A stretch of DNA of 64,000 nucleotides from NCBI GenBank assembly GCA_030149205.1, contig JASBSB010000001.1, positions 134,357-198,356 on the forward strand, given 5' to 3'. The notes beneath the pieces were generated by a model, which did not search any database, was not told the origin of the DNA, and saw only the letters and a program-made list of their open reading frames with translations. The translations under genes were made by a program, and so were the position numbers. Origin of the DNA: Candidatus Heimdallarchaeota archaeon. Its GTDB lineage: Archaea; Asgardarchaeota; Heimdallarchaeia; Heimdallarchaeales; Kariarchaeaceae. Positions 24,942 to 34,298 of this stretch are shown in pieces. The stretch's first letter is position 1, and each line of letters opens with the position of its first letter.

Positions 24942-25700
24942 TCACTTAAATTTCGATTTGTCCTCGGTTAAATCATCATCATACTCATCATCATATGAGA
25001 GTGAAATCAATTGTTGACGTAAACTGCTTGCCTTTGTCTTCAACGTGGTAAGATCAATCCCGGTTAAAGCAATTTTTTCAAAGACTGTTAATACATTAAA
25101 TGCAGCCAAGTAGTCTGGAAGTTCTGGAATACAATCAGATAAAATGCTTATCACATTAATATCCTCAAGATAACCTTGCAATAAAGATAGAGCAACGGAA
25201 CCAAAAACTAAGCCTGATGTGGTAAATGATAGATTCGTCTTAGATAAAATTTCTTCTCTCAGTTTCTCATCTGATGTACCAAGATGATACGGGAGTTCAT
25301 CAGCGTCTCCTCGTCTCCCCGTTGGTAAACCTCCAAGAACATAAACTCTTGAAACCTCACCCTCTTTATAGGTTTTAAAAAGTAATTTGATTAGTGGTTT
25401 TAAATCAGATTTAGTAATATTTGCATTATTCACTACCGCAATATAACGATCGTTTTGAAAAATCCGCATAGGATGTTTGACAACCCCATCACGAACCACA
25501 GCAACATTTGGGATTAAATCACTCTCAATAAATGCCACCTCATCCAAGTCTAGAGATTGAATTAGATGATAAGAAGCCAAATTTCCAACAAATCCACTAC
25601 CCGTGAAAGATTGAAAGACTGTTTTACCCTTTAGAATTAACTCAGAATCTGAGATTTGGTTAATTTGAAGCTCCATGAAAATATTTAAAATTACTGACAT
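24942..25700 (-). CDS. PAC2-family protein (archaeal proteasome-assembly-chaperone-like)
   Basis: FTGSGFVGNLASYHLIQSLDLDEVAFIES...HPMRIFQ is typical of the PAC2/DUF75 family. The acidic C-terminal tail ends in a hydrophobic residue. The ATG at 25676 is an alternative start. Confidence 0.6.
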   Translation of the reverse strand: MSVILNIFMELQINQISDSELILKGKTVFQSFTGSGFVGNLASYHLIQSLDLDEVAFIESDLIPNVAVVRDGVVKHPMRIFQNDRYIAVVNNANITKSDLKPLIKLLFKTYKEGEVSRVYVLGGLPTGRRGDADELPYHLGTSDEKLREEILSKTNLSFTTSGLVFGSVALSLLQGYLEDINVISILSDCIPELPDYLAAFNVLTVFEKIALTGIDLTTLKTKASSLRQQLISLSYDDEYDDDLTEDKSKFK

Positions 25701-25753
25701 TAAAAGACTTAGATTGAACTGTCAAAATAGTTTATGATTTAAAGGTATGAAAC

Positions 25754-26755
25754 TCAATTTTCTCGTATGATTAATTCGTCCGATCCTGGTCCTGTAGATA
25801 GATATTTCACTGGTACACCTGTTTCAGATTCAACAGACTCAATAAATTTGATAGCTTCGGGAGTCAACTTATCCATTGTTGTTGCACTTTTGACCTCAGG
25901 AAATAGAACATCAAGCTTTGTCAAAGCGATCGCAGTTGCACCATTTAATCTTACTGATTTCTTAGCTAAAGTGTAATCAAATGGAGCTGCTCTTCTTAGT
26001 CTTCCAGTGACTGTACCATACTCGGTCCAACCTCTTTTTATTACCTCTTCCTCTGAAAGTTCACCATTCAATGGACCAGTTCCCACACGGGTTGTAAATC
26101 CCTTGAAAACGACTATAACCTCATCTACATAGGTTGGACCCACACCAACATCAGCAAGACATGTGGGCGCAGTGACATCTTTTGAAGTAACAAACGGATA
26201 GGTTCCGTGAATGAGACTGAGATGTGTTGCCTGTGATCCTTCGATAATTATGTCTTTACCTTGTTCAAGAAGATCGTTTAATTCATTAGAAACATCAATT
26301 AAATATTGTTTTAACTCTGGCATCTCTCTTGCCAATTTGAGCTTTCTTGATGCTCTGTCTTCATTAGCTGGACCACATCCAGTCCCAGTAGAACCAATTT
26401 TGTTATGGAGATGATCATCCTTGCGATCTCTATCAATATGATTTTGCTCAATGATCCCAGTGTGATAGTCCACGAAGACTCTCCCTGAAGTATTTGTTTC
26501 TTTTATCTCATTTAACAATATTGAAGGATTTACGAGGACACCCGCGCCAACGTATAACTTAAGATCTTTGTTGAAAAAGCCAGAGGGAAGTAACTGAAGC
26601 TTATAGGTTTGCCCATGATGAACCACAGTATGTCCTGCATTAGGCCCGGTTCCCGCTCTTGCAATTGCAGAGTATTTTGAACCAGTGGCAAGATATGAAA
26701 CTATTTTCCCTTTTCCTTCGTCTCCAAATTGACCCCCCACTACGATTGTGATCAC
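25754..26755 (-). CDS. purA: Adenylosuccinate synthetase (short archaeal form)
   Basis: GGQFGDEGKGK, GPNAGHTV, GSTGTGCGP, TTRVGTGP and GTVTGRLRR. Confidence 0.95.
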   Translation of the reverse strand: MITIVVGGQFGDEGKGKIVSYLATGSKYSAIARAGTGPNAGHTVVHHGQTYKLQLLPSGFFNKDLKLYVGAGVLVNPSILLNEIKETNTSGRVFVDYHTGIIEQNHIDRDRKDDHLHNKIGSTGTGCGPANEDRASRKLKLAREMPELKQYLIDVSNELNDLLEQGKDIIIEGSQATHLSLIHGTYPFVTSKDVTAPTCLADVGVGPTYVDEVIVVFKGFTTRVGTGPLNGELSEEEVIKRGWTEYGTVTGRLRRAAPFDYTLAKKSVRLNGATAIALTKLDVLFPEVKSATTMDKLTPEAIKFIESVESETGVPVKYLSTGPGSDELIIREN

Positions 26756-26939
26756 AGGTAAACAGTTACCTCATGATTAATAAAACTGTTAGTCGAGACT
26801 AGTCAAATTGTTAATAAATTAAAGTTAGACTTTATCAAACCATATAATTTAATCCTTATTTTTGAGAGTTTCAAGCAATACTTGTCTAGTCTTACAAAAA
26901 ATATTTATAAACTCACGAAAATGAATTTTTGCAAACCAA

Positions 26940-27506
26940 ATGAAGAGGTACATCTCAAAACTTGTGCTCTGTGGTGAAATGGCTGTAGGTAAGACCAGTA
27001 TCAGAAGAAAATATTTTGGTGAAAGATTTCTCAAAGAACACTTAGCCACACTGGGAGCAGATTTCAACATTAAGAGACTCACATTGGACGAAAACAACAC
27101 CTTAGAATTGCAAATTTGGGATATTGCAGGTCAAACCAACTTCCAAGGACTTCGAAAACGCTTTTTTAGAGGCGCCACTTGTGCGTTCATGATATTTGAT
27201 CTAACACGAAAAGATACTTTTTACAAACTTGAAAAATGGATTAATGAAGTTTGGGATGTAAATAAAAGCAAAGAAATGCCTATCGCGATAATTGGAAATA
27301 AGATGGATCTTGAAACTCCGGAGGTTAAAATGGAAGATGTCCTGCAATTTCTAAACAAAATTCGTTCTGAAAATGATCTGTCTGATAGCACCTTTCTGAA
27401 ATACTATGAAACAAGCGCTATGACTGGTGAGAACATAAATATCTGCTTTGAAGAAATGGCAAAGGCAGTAATAGAATTCAACAAAAAGTTTACCGAGGTA
27501 ATTTAA
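26940..27506 (+). CDS. Small GTPase of the Ras superfamily (Rab/Ras-like)
   Basis: G1 GEMAVGKTS, G2 TLGADF, G3 WDIAGQ, G4 GNKMDL and G5 ETSAM. There is no C-terminal Cys (no prenylation box). Confidence 0.85.
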   Translation: MKRYISKLVLCGEMAVGKTSIRRKYFGERFLKEHLATLGADFNIKRLTLDENNTLELQIWDIAGQTNFQGLRKRFFRGATCAFMIFDLTRKDTFYKLEKWINEVWDVNKSKEMPIAIIGNKMDLETPEVKMEDVLQFLNKIRSENDLSDSTFLKYYETSAMTGENINICFEEMAKAVIEFNKKFTEVI

Positions 27507-27556
27507 CAATTCTTCCATAGAACAAGCTTTTAAATAAATATCTTAGAATAAAATAC

Positions 27557-28378
27557 ATGAATACTCCCTTTTCAGTTTTGGATATATTGCAAGCAAAAAC
27601 TGATGGCAAAAAGCTTGTTGAAATAACAGCATATGACTATTCCTTTGCAAAACTAATTGATAAGACTTCTAACGTTGATATGATTCTGGTTGGAGACTCA
27701 CTAGGGATGGTTGTGCAAGGTAACCCTACACCTATCCCTGTGACAATAGACCAGATGGTCTATCATACCAACATGGTTAGTCGAGCGGCAGAACATGCGA
27801 TGGTCATTGGAGACATGCCTTTCTTGTCATACCAAATTGATGAAACCAGCGCAGTCAAAAACGCAGGAAGGTTAATTCAAGAAGGTGGAGCAAACGCAGT
27901 AAAATTAGAGGGAGCTGGAAGAATGACTCCTATTATTAAGCATCTCGTAGAAATCGGAATACCAGTTCAAGGACACCTGGGTTTGACTCCTCAATCTATT
28001 AACTTGCTCGGAGGTTGGAAGGTTCAAGGAAAAACAAAGTCTTCCGCAGAAAAAATCAGAGACCAAGCATTGGAACTTCAAGAGGCAGGTGTTTTTTCAA
28101 TTGTTCTCGAGGGACTACCAATTGACACCGCTAGATTTGTAACTGAAGCAGTTTCAGTACCAACTATTGGAATCGGTGCTGGATGGCACTGTGATGGTCA
28201 AGTTTTAGTAATGCATGACTTACTAGGTCTCTCTGAATTTTCACCTCGATTTGCAAAAAGGTACGCTGATCTTGGAAAGATGGTTAGTGATGCAGTTGAT
28301 GGTTATGCAAAAGAGGTTAGGGAAGGAATTTTCCCGAATGAGGAATATTCCTACAAAACCAGAGTTAATCTTTCTTAA
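27557..28378 (+). CDS. panB: 3-methyl-2-oxobutanoate hydroxymethyltransferase
   Basis: ITAYDYSFAKL, ILVGDSLGMVVQG, GDMPF, VKLEG, GHLGLTPQ and IGIGAG. Confidence 0.95.
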   Translation: MNTPFSVLDILQAKTDGKKLVEITAYDYSFAKLIDKTSNVDMILVGDSLGMVVQGNPTPIPVTIDQMVYHTNMVSRAAEHAMVIGDMPFLSYQIDETSAVKNAGRLIQEGGANAVKLEGAGRMTPIIKHLVEIGIPVQGHLGLTPQSINLLGGWKVQGKTKSSAEKIRDQALELQEAGVFSIVLEGLPIDTARFVTEAVSVPTIGIGAGWHCDGQVLVMHDLLGLSEFSPRFAKRYADLGKMVSDAVDGYAKEVREGIFPNEEYSYKTRVNLS

Positions 28379-28481
28379 ACATAAAAATATATTGAAATCA
28401 ATAATAACTCTAAAAAGAGCTAATCACCTTAGTTTATTGCACGTGTCCCACAGCAAACACAGATTAAATATTCGTATCATC

Positions 28482-30398
28482 ATGCTGATTCTTGCAATGG
28501 CTGCCTTTGCCACTGGAATCCAAAGAACAGTGCTATCTAGTTATACTGGGCAGCTATCTACAGGTATCGCGGTTTTACTCGCCAGTGGTATTGGTTTGGT
28601 TATCTATGGTTCAGCAAAATCCTTAGGAAATATATTTGGTGGGTTTGGTTCTGAGCGTATTGGTCGCAAAATTACAATGATTTACTCTACTGTCATCATC
28701 TTTATTGCTTCTGGTATTATTTTCTTATTTCAAAATCTAACAATGTATCTAATAGGCCTCTTATTTTTAGGGGTAGGTACAGGTCTATTATTTGCATCTG
28801 CTTCAATTGCTCTATCTGATCTTTACGGTATAAATGGTAGAACTCAAGCATTCTCATCAATGGAACTGGCTGTTTACTCAGGAACTGCTGCAGGAAGTTA
28901 TCTTGCGGGGACATTATCAGCAGGACTTTCATTCTCATTAGTCTTTGTGGTCAGTTTAGTTGTTGCTGCATTTTCAATTTTTGTTGTGTTTTATTTTATA
29001 AGGGATACCTCAGAGGAACAAAAATTAGAGGTTGAATCTATGGAGATTAGCTCTATAGATATTAAAGAGCAAATAAAAAAGTCTGTGAATGATCTTGGAC
29101 TTACAAAGGGTTCAGGAGAAAAATTGTTAGAAAATATAAATTACGATCTAAGTGTTTCACCTAAAAAACTTAGAAAACTTTTACTTAATCCAACAATCAT
29201 CTTAACTTTTACATTAGGTACTTCCACGAGACTCTTTGACACTATCTTTATAATCTTAACCCCGCTTTATTTGTCATTGAAATTTTCGGAAAATATTTTC
29301 TTCTATGGAACCCTGAACACAATATTTCTCTTAGCATGGGGTTTAGGCATCTTAGTTTCACCTTACGTTGTCAATTTCACAGGTCGAAAATTCCCTGTGG
29401 TTTTTGGATTTATTATACAGGGTATTGCCTTATTTATGATTGAAACAGTTCCTGTAGAATTAATGGTAATGATCTCGGTTTTCTTTGCAGGGTTTGGAAT
29501 TGGATTGTATTATCCCTTAGGTAGTACAATTACAGCAGATCTATTTGCACCTGATCAAAAGGGAATTGTAGTCGGAATCTACAGACTATTTCTTGATGGG
29601 GGTTATTTAGTAGGATTTGCTCTGTTATATTTACTCAGTGAGTTTATTGTTCCTGCAATTACTCCAAACCTTTCTACTTTAAGAAATTACAGTTTGACTT
29701 CACAGATAGTAGCAGGAGTTCTAATCACTATAGGCATTCTACAATTTATGTTTATGAAAGACACAAAACCTGTGTGGGGGCAGCTTCCCTTACTTGTCAA
29801 ACATGCTCAAAAAGCACGTGAAACTATTTTGTACAGCCTTTGGGGTATTCTTTCCTTTTTAGGTCAGAATAATATGACCAACGAAAACTATATAGCTAAG
29901 GCGAAAAAGGCAGAAAGAGAGGCTGATATACTTCTTGATAATTTGACCCACATTACATACATGTATTCAATTCCAAGAAGGGACGCTGTTGAGCTATTAA
30001 ATACTGCATCCTTAATTGACAAGTCTGCCGGGAGAGCCTTTAGAGCCTTAAAGAGAATAAATCTATATTCTGGCCCAATTGGTGAGGACTTAAAGGAAAA
30101 TTTGATTGAATATTCAATTTTACTGCTAACTCAGATTGATTCATTTATTAAAACAATTGAAACAATGAATCATACTATTAGCCTAACTGGCTTGAAAAGT
30201 CAGGAGGTTTCTCTGTTTGAAGAGATGATGGACAAGCTCTATGAAAACATGTGGAATGAGATTAAAGATTTGCATATTCAAGATCTGTTTGATTTTAGGT
30301 CATTGACCGACACAGTTGATCTTTTGGAAAAATCAGCGAACATTATAGAAGATGCAGGTCAACTTGTGAAATTATTGACCTACAAATATTATGTTTGA
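28482..30398 (+). CDS. MFS-type transporter fused to a C-terminal DUF47/PhoU-like cytoplasmic domain
   Basis: About 12 TM helices with GSERIGRK between TM2 and TM3. The C-terminal ~200 aa contain KAEREADILLDNL...IPRRDAVELLNTASLIDKSA (DUF47-like). The start is moved to the ATG at 28482 (GTG 28443 possible), because the track start at 28251 lies inside panB. Confidence 0.7.
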   Translation: MLILAMAAFATGIQRTVLSSYTGQLSTGIAVLLASGIGLVIYGSAKSLGNIFGGFGSERIGRKITMIYSTVIIFIASGIIFLFQNLTMYLIGLLFLGVGTGLLFASASIALSDLYGINGRTQAFSSMELAVYSGTAAGSYLAGTLSAGLSFSLVFVVSLVVAAFSIFVVFYFIRDTSEEQKLEVESMEISSIDIKEQIKKSVNDLGLTKGSGEKLLENINYDLSVSPKKLRKLLLNPTIILTFTLGTSTRLFDTIFIILTPLYLSLKFSENIFFYGTLNTIFLLAWGLGILVSPYVVNFTGRKFPVVFGFIIQGIALFMIETVPVELMVMISVFFAGFGIGLYYPLGSTITADLFAPDQKGIVVGIYRLFLDGGYLVGFALLYLLSEFIVPAITPNLSTLRNYSLTSQIVAGVLITIGILQFMFMKDTKPVWGQLPLLVKHAQKARETILYSLWGILSFLGQNNMTNENYIAKAKKAEREADILLDNLTHITYMYSIPRRDAVELLNTASLIDKSAGRAFRALKRINLYSGPIGEDLKENLIEYSILLLTQIDSFIKTIETMNHTISLTGLKSQEVSLFEEMMDKLYENMWNEIKDLHIQDLFDFRSLTDTVDLLEKSANIIEDAGQLVKLLTYKYYV

Positions 30399-30568
30399 AA
30401 ATAGCACTTCTTTGCTTTGGGTTTATGATGAGTTGTATTATTTTAATAAATAATACAATTATTTGTATAGTTAGTATGGTGCAGAAAAATGAATTTTTTT
30501 ATCAAACTTCGAATTATTATAGCTAAACCTTTAATAATTTATTTTACCCACACAGTATTGGGCAACCT

Positions 30569-31321
30569 ATGACACAACTTGCAGATTTACTAAACATCAA
30601 GTTACCATGGTATGTTTACCTTACAATACTCATTTTTGGTATTATGTTTGCCGTTCTGAAAGAAGTTTTAGAAATCGAAATTCCTGGTTCTGCTGAGTTT
30701 AGTCTCTCACTTCCCTACGCGATGTTTGTTTGGGGCATTTTTGGACTTGCAGGTGTAACCGAACCCTCCTCTTTCCTCATGGGGTTTTGTGGAGTTTTGA
30801 TCATATTCTACATGGTTTATAATTCTGTCATCTATGATTATGATGCTGAAGCTGTAATCATAGGCACTGAAGCTGAAGTTACTGTACCATTCGGAGATGA
30901 ACGCTCCTCTGGTGAAATTAAGTTTATGTCAAGACAAGGGATGCAGTTCAGAATCGCAAAAGGTACCTCCGATAAAAAGGGAGGATTCAAGAAGGGAGAC
31001 TTAGTTTATATCCAAGCTATTGAAGGAGCATTTGCAGTTATTGGCTCTAATAAGGTGGACTACACCATTAAAAGAAAACCTGTTGAAAGAGTCAACACAC
31101 TTAGAAAATTGCTGAGAGAACTCAGGTTTAGACCTAACAAGGATGAACTTTGTCAGATCTGTTATTCTAAAGTCTCTTATTCAGAGCTGGTAAACTGTCC
31201 CTGGTGTGATGCAAAGTTTCATGAGAACCATCTAGCAGATTGGTTATCAGTGTCTCCTAGGTGCCCTAACTGTCGTCAAGGGTTATTAATGCACGACAGT
31301 TCAATTATCAAGAGAAATTAA
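30569..31321 (+). CDS. NfeD-like membrane protein (C-terminal OB domain) fused to a RING-like cross-brace zinc finger
   Basis: N-terminal TM helices. NfeD OB block: GTEAEVTVPF...GEIKF...GDLVYIQAIEGAFAVI. aa 195-235 read CQIC-x11-CPWC-x4-H-x2-H-x10-CPNC, with FHENHLADWL...CPNCR resembling the RING-H2 core. Confidence 0.7.
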   Translation: MTQLADLLNIKLPWYVYLTILIFGIMFAVLKEVLEIEIPGSAEFSLSLPYAMFVWGIFGLAGVTEPSSFLMGFCGVLIIFYMVYNSVIYDYDAEAVIIGTEAEVTVPFGDERSSGEIKFMSRQGMQFRIAKGTSDKKGGFKKGDLVYIQAIEGAFAVIGSNKVDYTIKRKPVERVNTLRKLLRELRFRPNKDELCQICYSKVSYSELVNCPWCDAKFHENHLADWLSVSPRCPNCRQGLLMHDSSIIKRN

Positions 31322-31331
31322 GTGATATACT

Positions 31332-32669
31332 ATGACAACTAAATATTGGATGATAACAATCATCTTTGGAGCAACAGTGCTTGGATTTGCATATTGGGTT
31401 AATCCAGCATTGGGTGCTGGACTTACGATAGCCTTTATTATTGCATTTATCTTAATGCTCAGGTCGTACACTGTTGTGGATCTACAATCTATCCATGTCC
31501 TTTCAGGAAATGGAAGAGTTACTGAAAAAGTAGGGGGACAATCTTACATTTATCTACCCTTTGTAACCAAAAGGTCGATAGTTCCTCTTCAAGTATTGGA
31601 AATTGCAATTCCAAGAATAAAGCTTTTGGACATGAACAATCTACCATTTGGTGTTGAAATTAGCTGCAAGGTTCAAATTAGCGACGCAAGAACATCAGTC
31701 AGATCTTTAAATAGAACCACCCCTAATGAAATCAGACCTATTGTGGATGATACTATTCAGTCTGCTTCCAGAGCACAAGCCATGAAACAAACATTGCTGA
31801 AAATTATGCGAGAGAGAGATGAGGTTGAACAGTCAATTTTGACAGCAACGAATGACAGCCTATCCAGAATAGGAATAAGAGTAGTTCTATTCGACATCAA
31901 GAACATTGTGGATGTTCCAGGTTCAACTGTAATTTCTGATATGGAACGTGTGAAATCTGCTGAATTGGAGAGAATGGCTAGAGAAGCGGAAGCCCGTGAA
32001 AATAGCTCTGCAGAGATTGTTGAGGCGCAAAAAAAGGCTGAGGCAGAAATTCAAAGACAAAAAGCGTTCGAACAAAGTGAGCTTGCAAGGCTTAATCAAG
32101 AGATGATGATTGCTGATAAAGAGCGAGAACTTAAATTAAAGCGGATGGATATTATTAATGCTGAGAAGAAACGACAGGCAGAAATTGAGGCTGAGCGAAT
32201 TGAAATTGAATCAGCTGGTATTGCAAACAAGCAAAGAGAGCTTGCACAAGCAGAGGCAGACACCAGATTAATTAATATAAAAGCTGAAGCGGAGGCTATA
32301 GAGTTAAAAGCACAGGCTGACTCCACATCATTAAGATTGAAAGCTGAGGCAGAGGCAGAGGCAATAAATCTCAAACTTCAAGCGGAGGCCGAAGGTACTA
32401 CAAAATTAGCTGTTGCACTTAATAAATTCAATGAAAAAGCAATTAGTGTAAAGCTAGCTGAGATTCAGGCATCTGTACAATCCTCAGCAGCAGAATCAAT
32501 TGCAAGAGGTATCCAACATAACAGCAAACTAATTCTTCCTTCAAACGGTATGTCAAGCTTCTTTACAGAGATGATCACAGGGATAAACCTATTAAAAGAG
32601 AGTGGAGTCTCAATAGGCGATCTTTTCAATGGGAAGAAGAAGCTAGCCACACAAATTAAAGAAGAATAG
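31332..32669 (+). CDS. SPFH/Band-7 protein, flotillin-like
   Basis: N-terminal TM, then an SPFH domain. A long EA-rich coiled coil follows (AEAEAIELKAQA..., KAEAEAEAINLKLQAEAEG). It starts 10 nt after the NfeD-like gene. Confidence 0.85.
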   Translation: MTTKYWMITIIFGATVLGFAYWVNPALGAGLTIAFIIAFILMLRSYTVVDLQSIHVLSGNGRVTEKVGGQSYIYLPFVTKRSIVPLQVLEIAIPRIKLLDMNNLPFGVEISCKVQISDARTSVRSLNRTTPNEIRPIVDDTIQSASRAQAMKQTLLKIMRERDEVEQSILTATNDSLSRIGIRVVLFDIKNIVDVPGSTVISDMERVKSAELERMAREAEARENSSAEIVEAQKKAEAEIQRQKAFEQSELARLNQEMMIADKERELKLKRMDIINAEKKRQAEIEAERIEIESAGIANKQRELAQAEADTRLINIKAEAEAIELKAQADSTSLRLKAEAEAEAINLKLQAEAEGTTKLAVALNKFNEKAISVKLAEIQASVQSSAAESIARGIQHNSKLILPSNGMSSFFTEMITGINLLKESGVSIGDLFNGKKKLATQIKEE

Positions 32670-32752
32670 GAACCAAAAACCATTAAATTAATAATTTAAC
32701 TAGTTTTACTCAATTAGATAAATAAACAAAGCTGCTAAGCACATATTACGCA

Positions 32753-33532
32753 ATGATTCACCTCCTACTTTTAATAGACCGTAAAAAGAGTGTAGGATTG
32801 GAGCTTTTCAAAGATAACACAATCACATTTGATTCAGAACTGCTTATTCCCTTGATACAATCTATTCTATTAATATCACAGAGTTTTGGCAACTCTAAAC
32901 CGAAGGGCGAATTAAGAGAGTTAGAAATTGGCGACTACCAAATTGGAAGTTACGAGTTAGACAACCTTGCATATGTAATTATACAAGACACCTATGACAA
33001 TGAACCTTTCACCAAACAAATTCTTACATCGATAATTAATGAATTCCATGATAAATTTCTATCTATGGACTTTAGTAGAGAAATCCAGGGCTTAGGTTCA
33101 ATCAAAGAAAGGATAGTGGAACTCACAACGACAATGAAATTTCCAACCCAAGTCTTACAAAGTTTTCAATATAGGATTAAGGAGTTATTAACACGTGTTC
33201 AAGGGGTTGAGACTATATTTCTTGCAGACCTTGATGATGGTGTAAAACATATATGGCTTCGAAGAGAGAACAATATCATAACAGTTTTGATGGAAATTTT
33301 AAGTGAAATTCCTTTTGAAAGAAGTTGGTTGGGAGAAGTGAGACTTTTTAAACCCATCGAATTCAATGGTATAAGTTATACACACGAAGCTTGGATCATA
33401 GTGAGAATCGGTTTAACTGATTTTTGCATATTAGCTCGAGGATATTTTAACCAAAGTTTTAGAGATATCATGTTAAGCGAGTTTGAATCTCTTGCAGAAG
33501 AGTTTAACGAGGAGATATTGAAACACCTTTAG
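32753..33532 (+). CDS. Hypothetical protein; possible tandem Roadblock/longin-like domains
   Basis: Two segments (aa ~1-100 and ~140-240) show an alternating strand/helix hydrophobic pattern (IHLLLLIDRK...LIPLIQSILLISQSF...AYVIIQD). This is a by-eye call only. Confidence 0.35.
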   Translation: MIHLLLLIDRKKSVGLELFKDNTITFDSELLIPLIQSILLISQSFGNSKPKGELRELEIGDYQIGSYELDNLAYVIIQDTYDNEPFTKQILTSIINEFHDKFLSMDFSREIQGLGSIKERIVELTTTMKFPTQVLQSFQYRIKELLTRVQGVETIFLADLDDGVKHIWLRRENNIITVLMEILSEIPFERSWLGEVRLFKPIEFNGISYTHEAWIIVRIGLTDFCILARGYFNQSFRDIMLSEFESLAEEFNEEILKHL

Positions 33533-33546
33533 AGATTATTCCCAAG

Positions 33547-34245
33547 TTAATCATCACCTTTTTCGATGAGATTTTTGATCTCATCAATATTCTTTGTATC
33601 CATTATTATCTCCCCCTTATCAAGTACGAGAAATCGTTCTACCATCTTAAGAAGTTCCCAAGAATTGGAAGTACAAATTAATGTGGTATTCTTCTTTAAC
33701 TGTCCCAGTATCCCAATCAGCTGTTTTTGTGTCCAAAAATCTAATCCTGTGAACGGATGATCTAAAATAATGATTTTCGGATCAATTACAAGTATACCAA
33801 GTAATGCAACCAATTTTTTCTCACCAAAACTCAATGATGAGATTGATCTTTCAAGTAGATGAGAGATATTTAGTAAATTTGCCTTTACTTGCAACCTATG
33901 TAGGCTTTCCCTGCGTGAGAACCCAAGGTTTTCTAACCCAAATAGAACATCAGAACTAACTTTTGGCATGAAAATTTGATCTTCTGGATTTTCAAATAGG
34001 TATCCTATCAAATGAGGAAGATTAGACTGTGATTTAACAGAACGGACATATTTTCCGATTTTAATCTCACCATGTTGTAATTCAATAGCCCCAGTTAACA
34101 GATGCAATAAAGTTGTTTTTCCCTGTCCGTATTTTCCAAGGATTGCAGTAAATTCCAGTTCAAATAGTTCAAGATTTAGTTTGTGGAAAACTGCCCCATT
34201 ACCATAGCTGAAGCTTAAATCAGAAACACTGATAATAGGCACCAC
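33547..34245 (-). CDS. ABC/ECF transporter ATP-binding protein (CbiO/NikO-like)
   Basis: Walker A GKYGQGKTT, signature LSFGEKKLV and Walker B IILDHPFTGLD. It lies downstream of the CbiM-CbiQ-like gene. Confidence 0.85.
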   Translation of the reverse strand: MVPIISVSDLSFSYGNGAVFHKLNLELFELEFTAILGKYGQGKTTLLHLLTGAIELQHGEIKIGKYVRSVKSQSNLPHLIGYLFENPEDQIFMPKVSSDVLFGLENLGFSRRESLHRLQVKANLLNISHLLERSISSLSFGEKKLVALLGILVIDPKIIILDHPFTGLDFWTQKQLIGILGQLKKNTTLICTSNSWELLKMVERFLVLDKGEIIMDTKNIDEIKNLIEKGDD

Positions 34246-34298
34246 AGATTCACTTCAATAGATGAGAGTCTTAAACCATTGCGAGTAAAATTAAATTA

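Noticed and set aside
26849-27100. 83-aa minus-strand ORF opposite the start of the small GTPase gene
   Set aside because: It is antisense to a GTPase with complete G1-G5 motifs, and it spans the promoter spacer.
28251-28481. Track start of the MFS ORF at 28251, overlapping panB by 128 nt
   Set aside because: The overlapping part translates the panB 3' end in another frame and has no membrane or conserved character. The ATG at 28482 (or GTG at 28443) precedes the first TM helix.
30423-30432. C-box-like ATGATGA in the spacer after the MFS gene (possible C/D-box sRNA)
   Set aside because: There is no D box (CTGA) at a suitable distance and no terminal stem. ATGATGA is expected by chance in AT-rich sequence.
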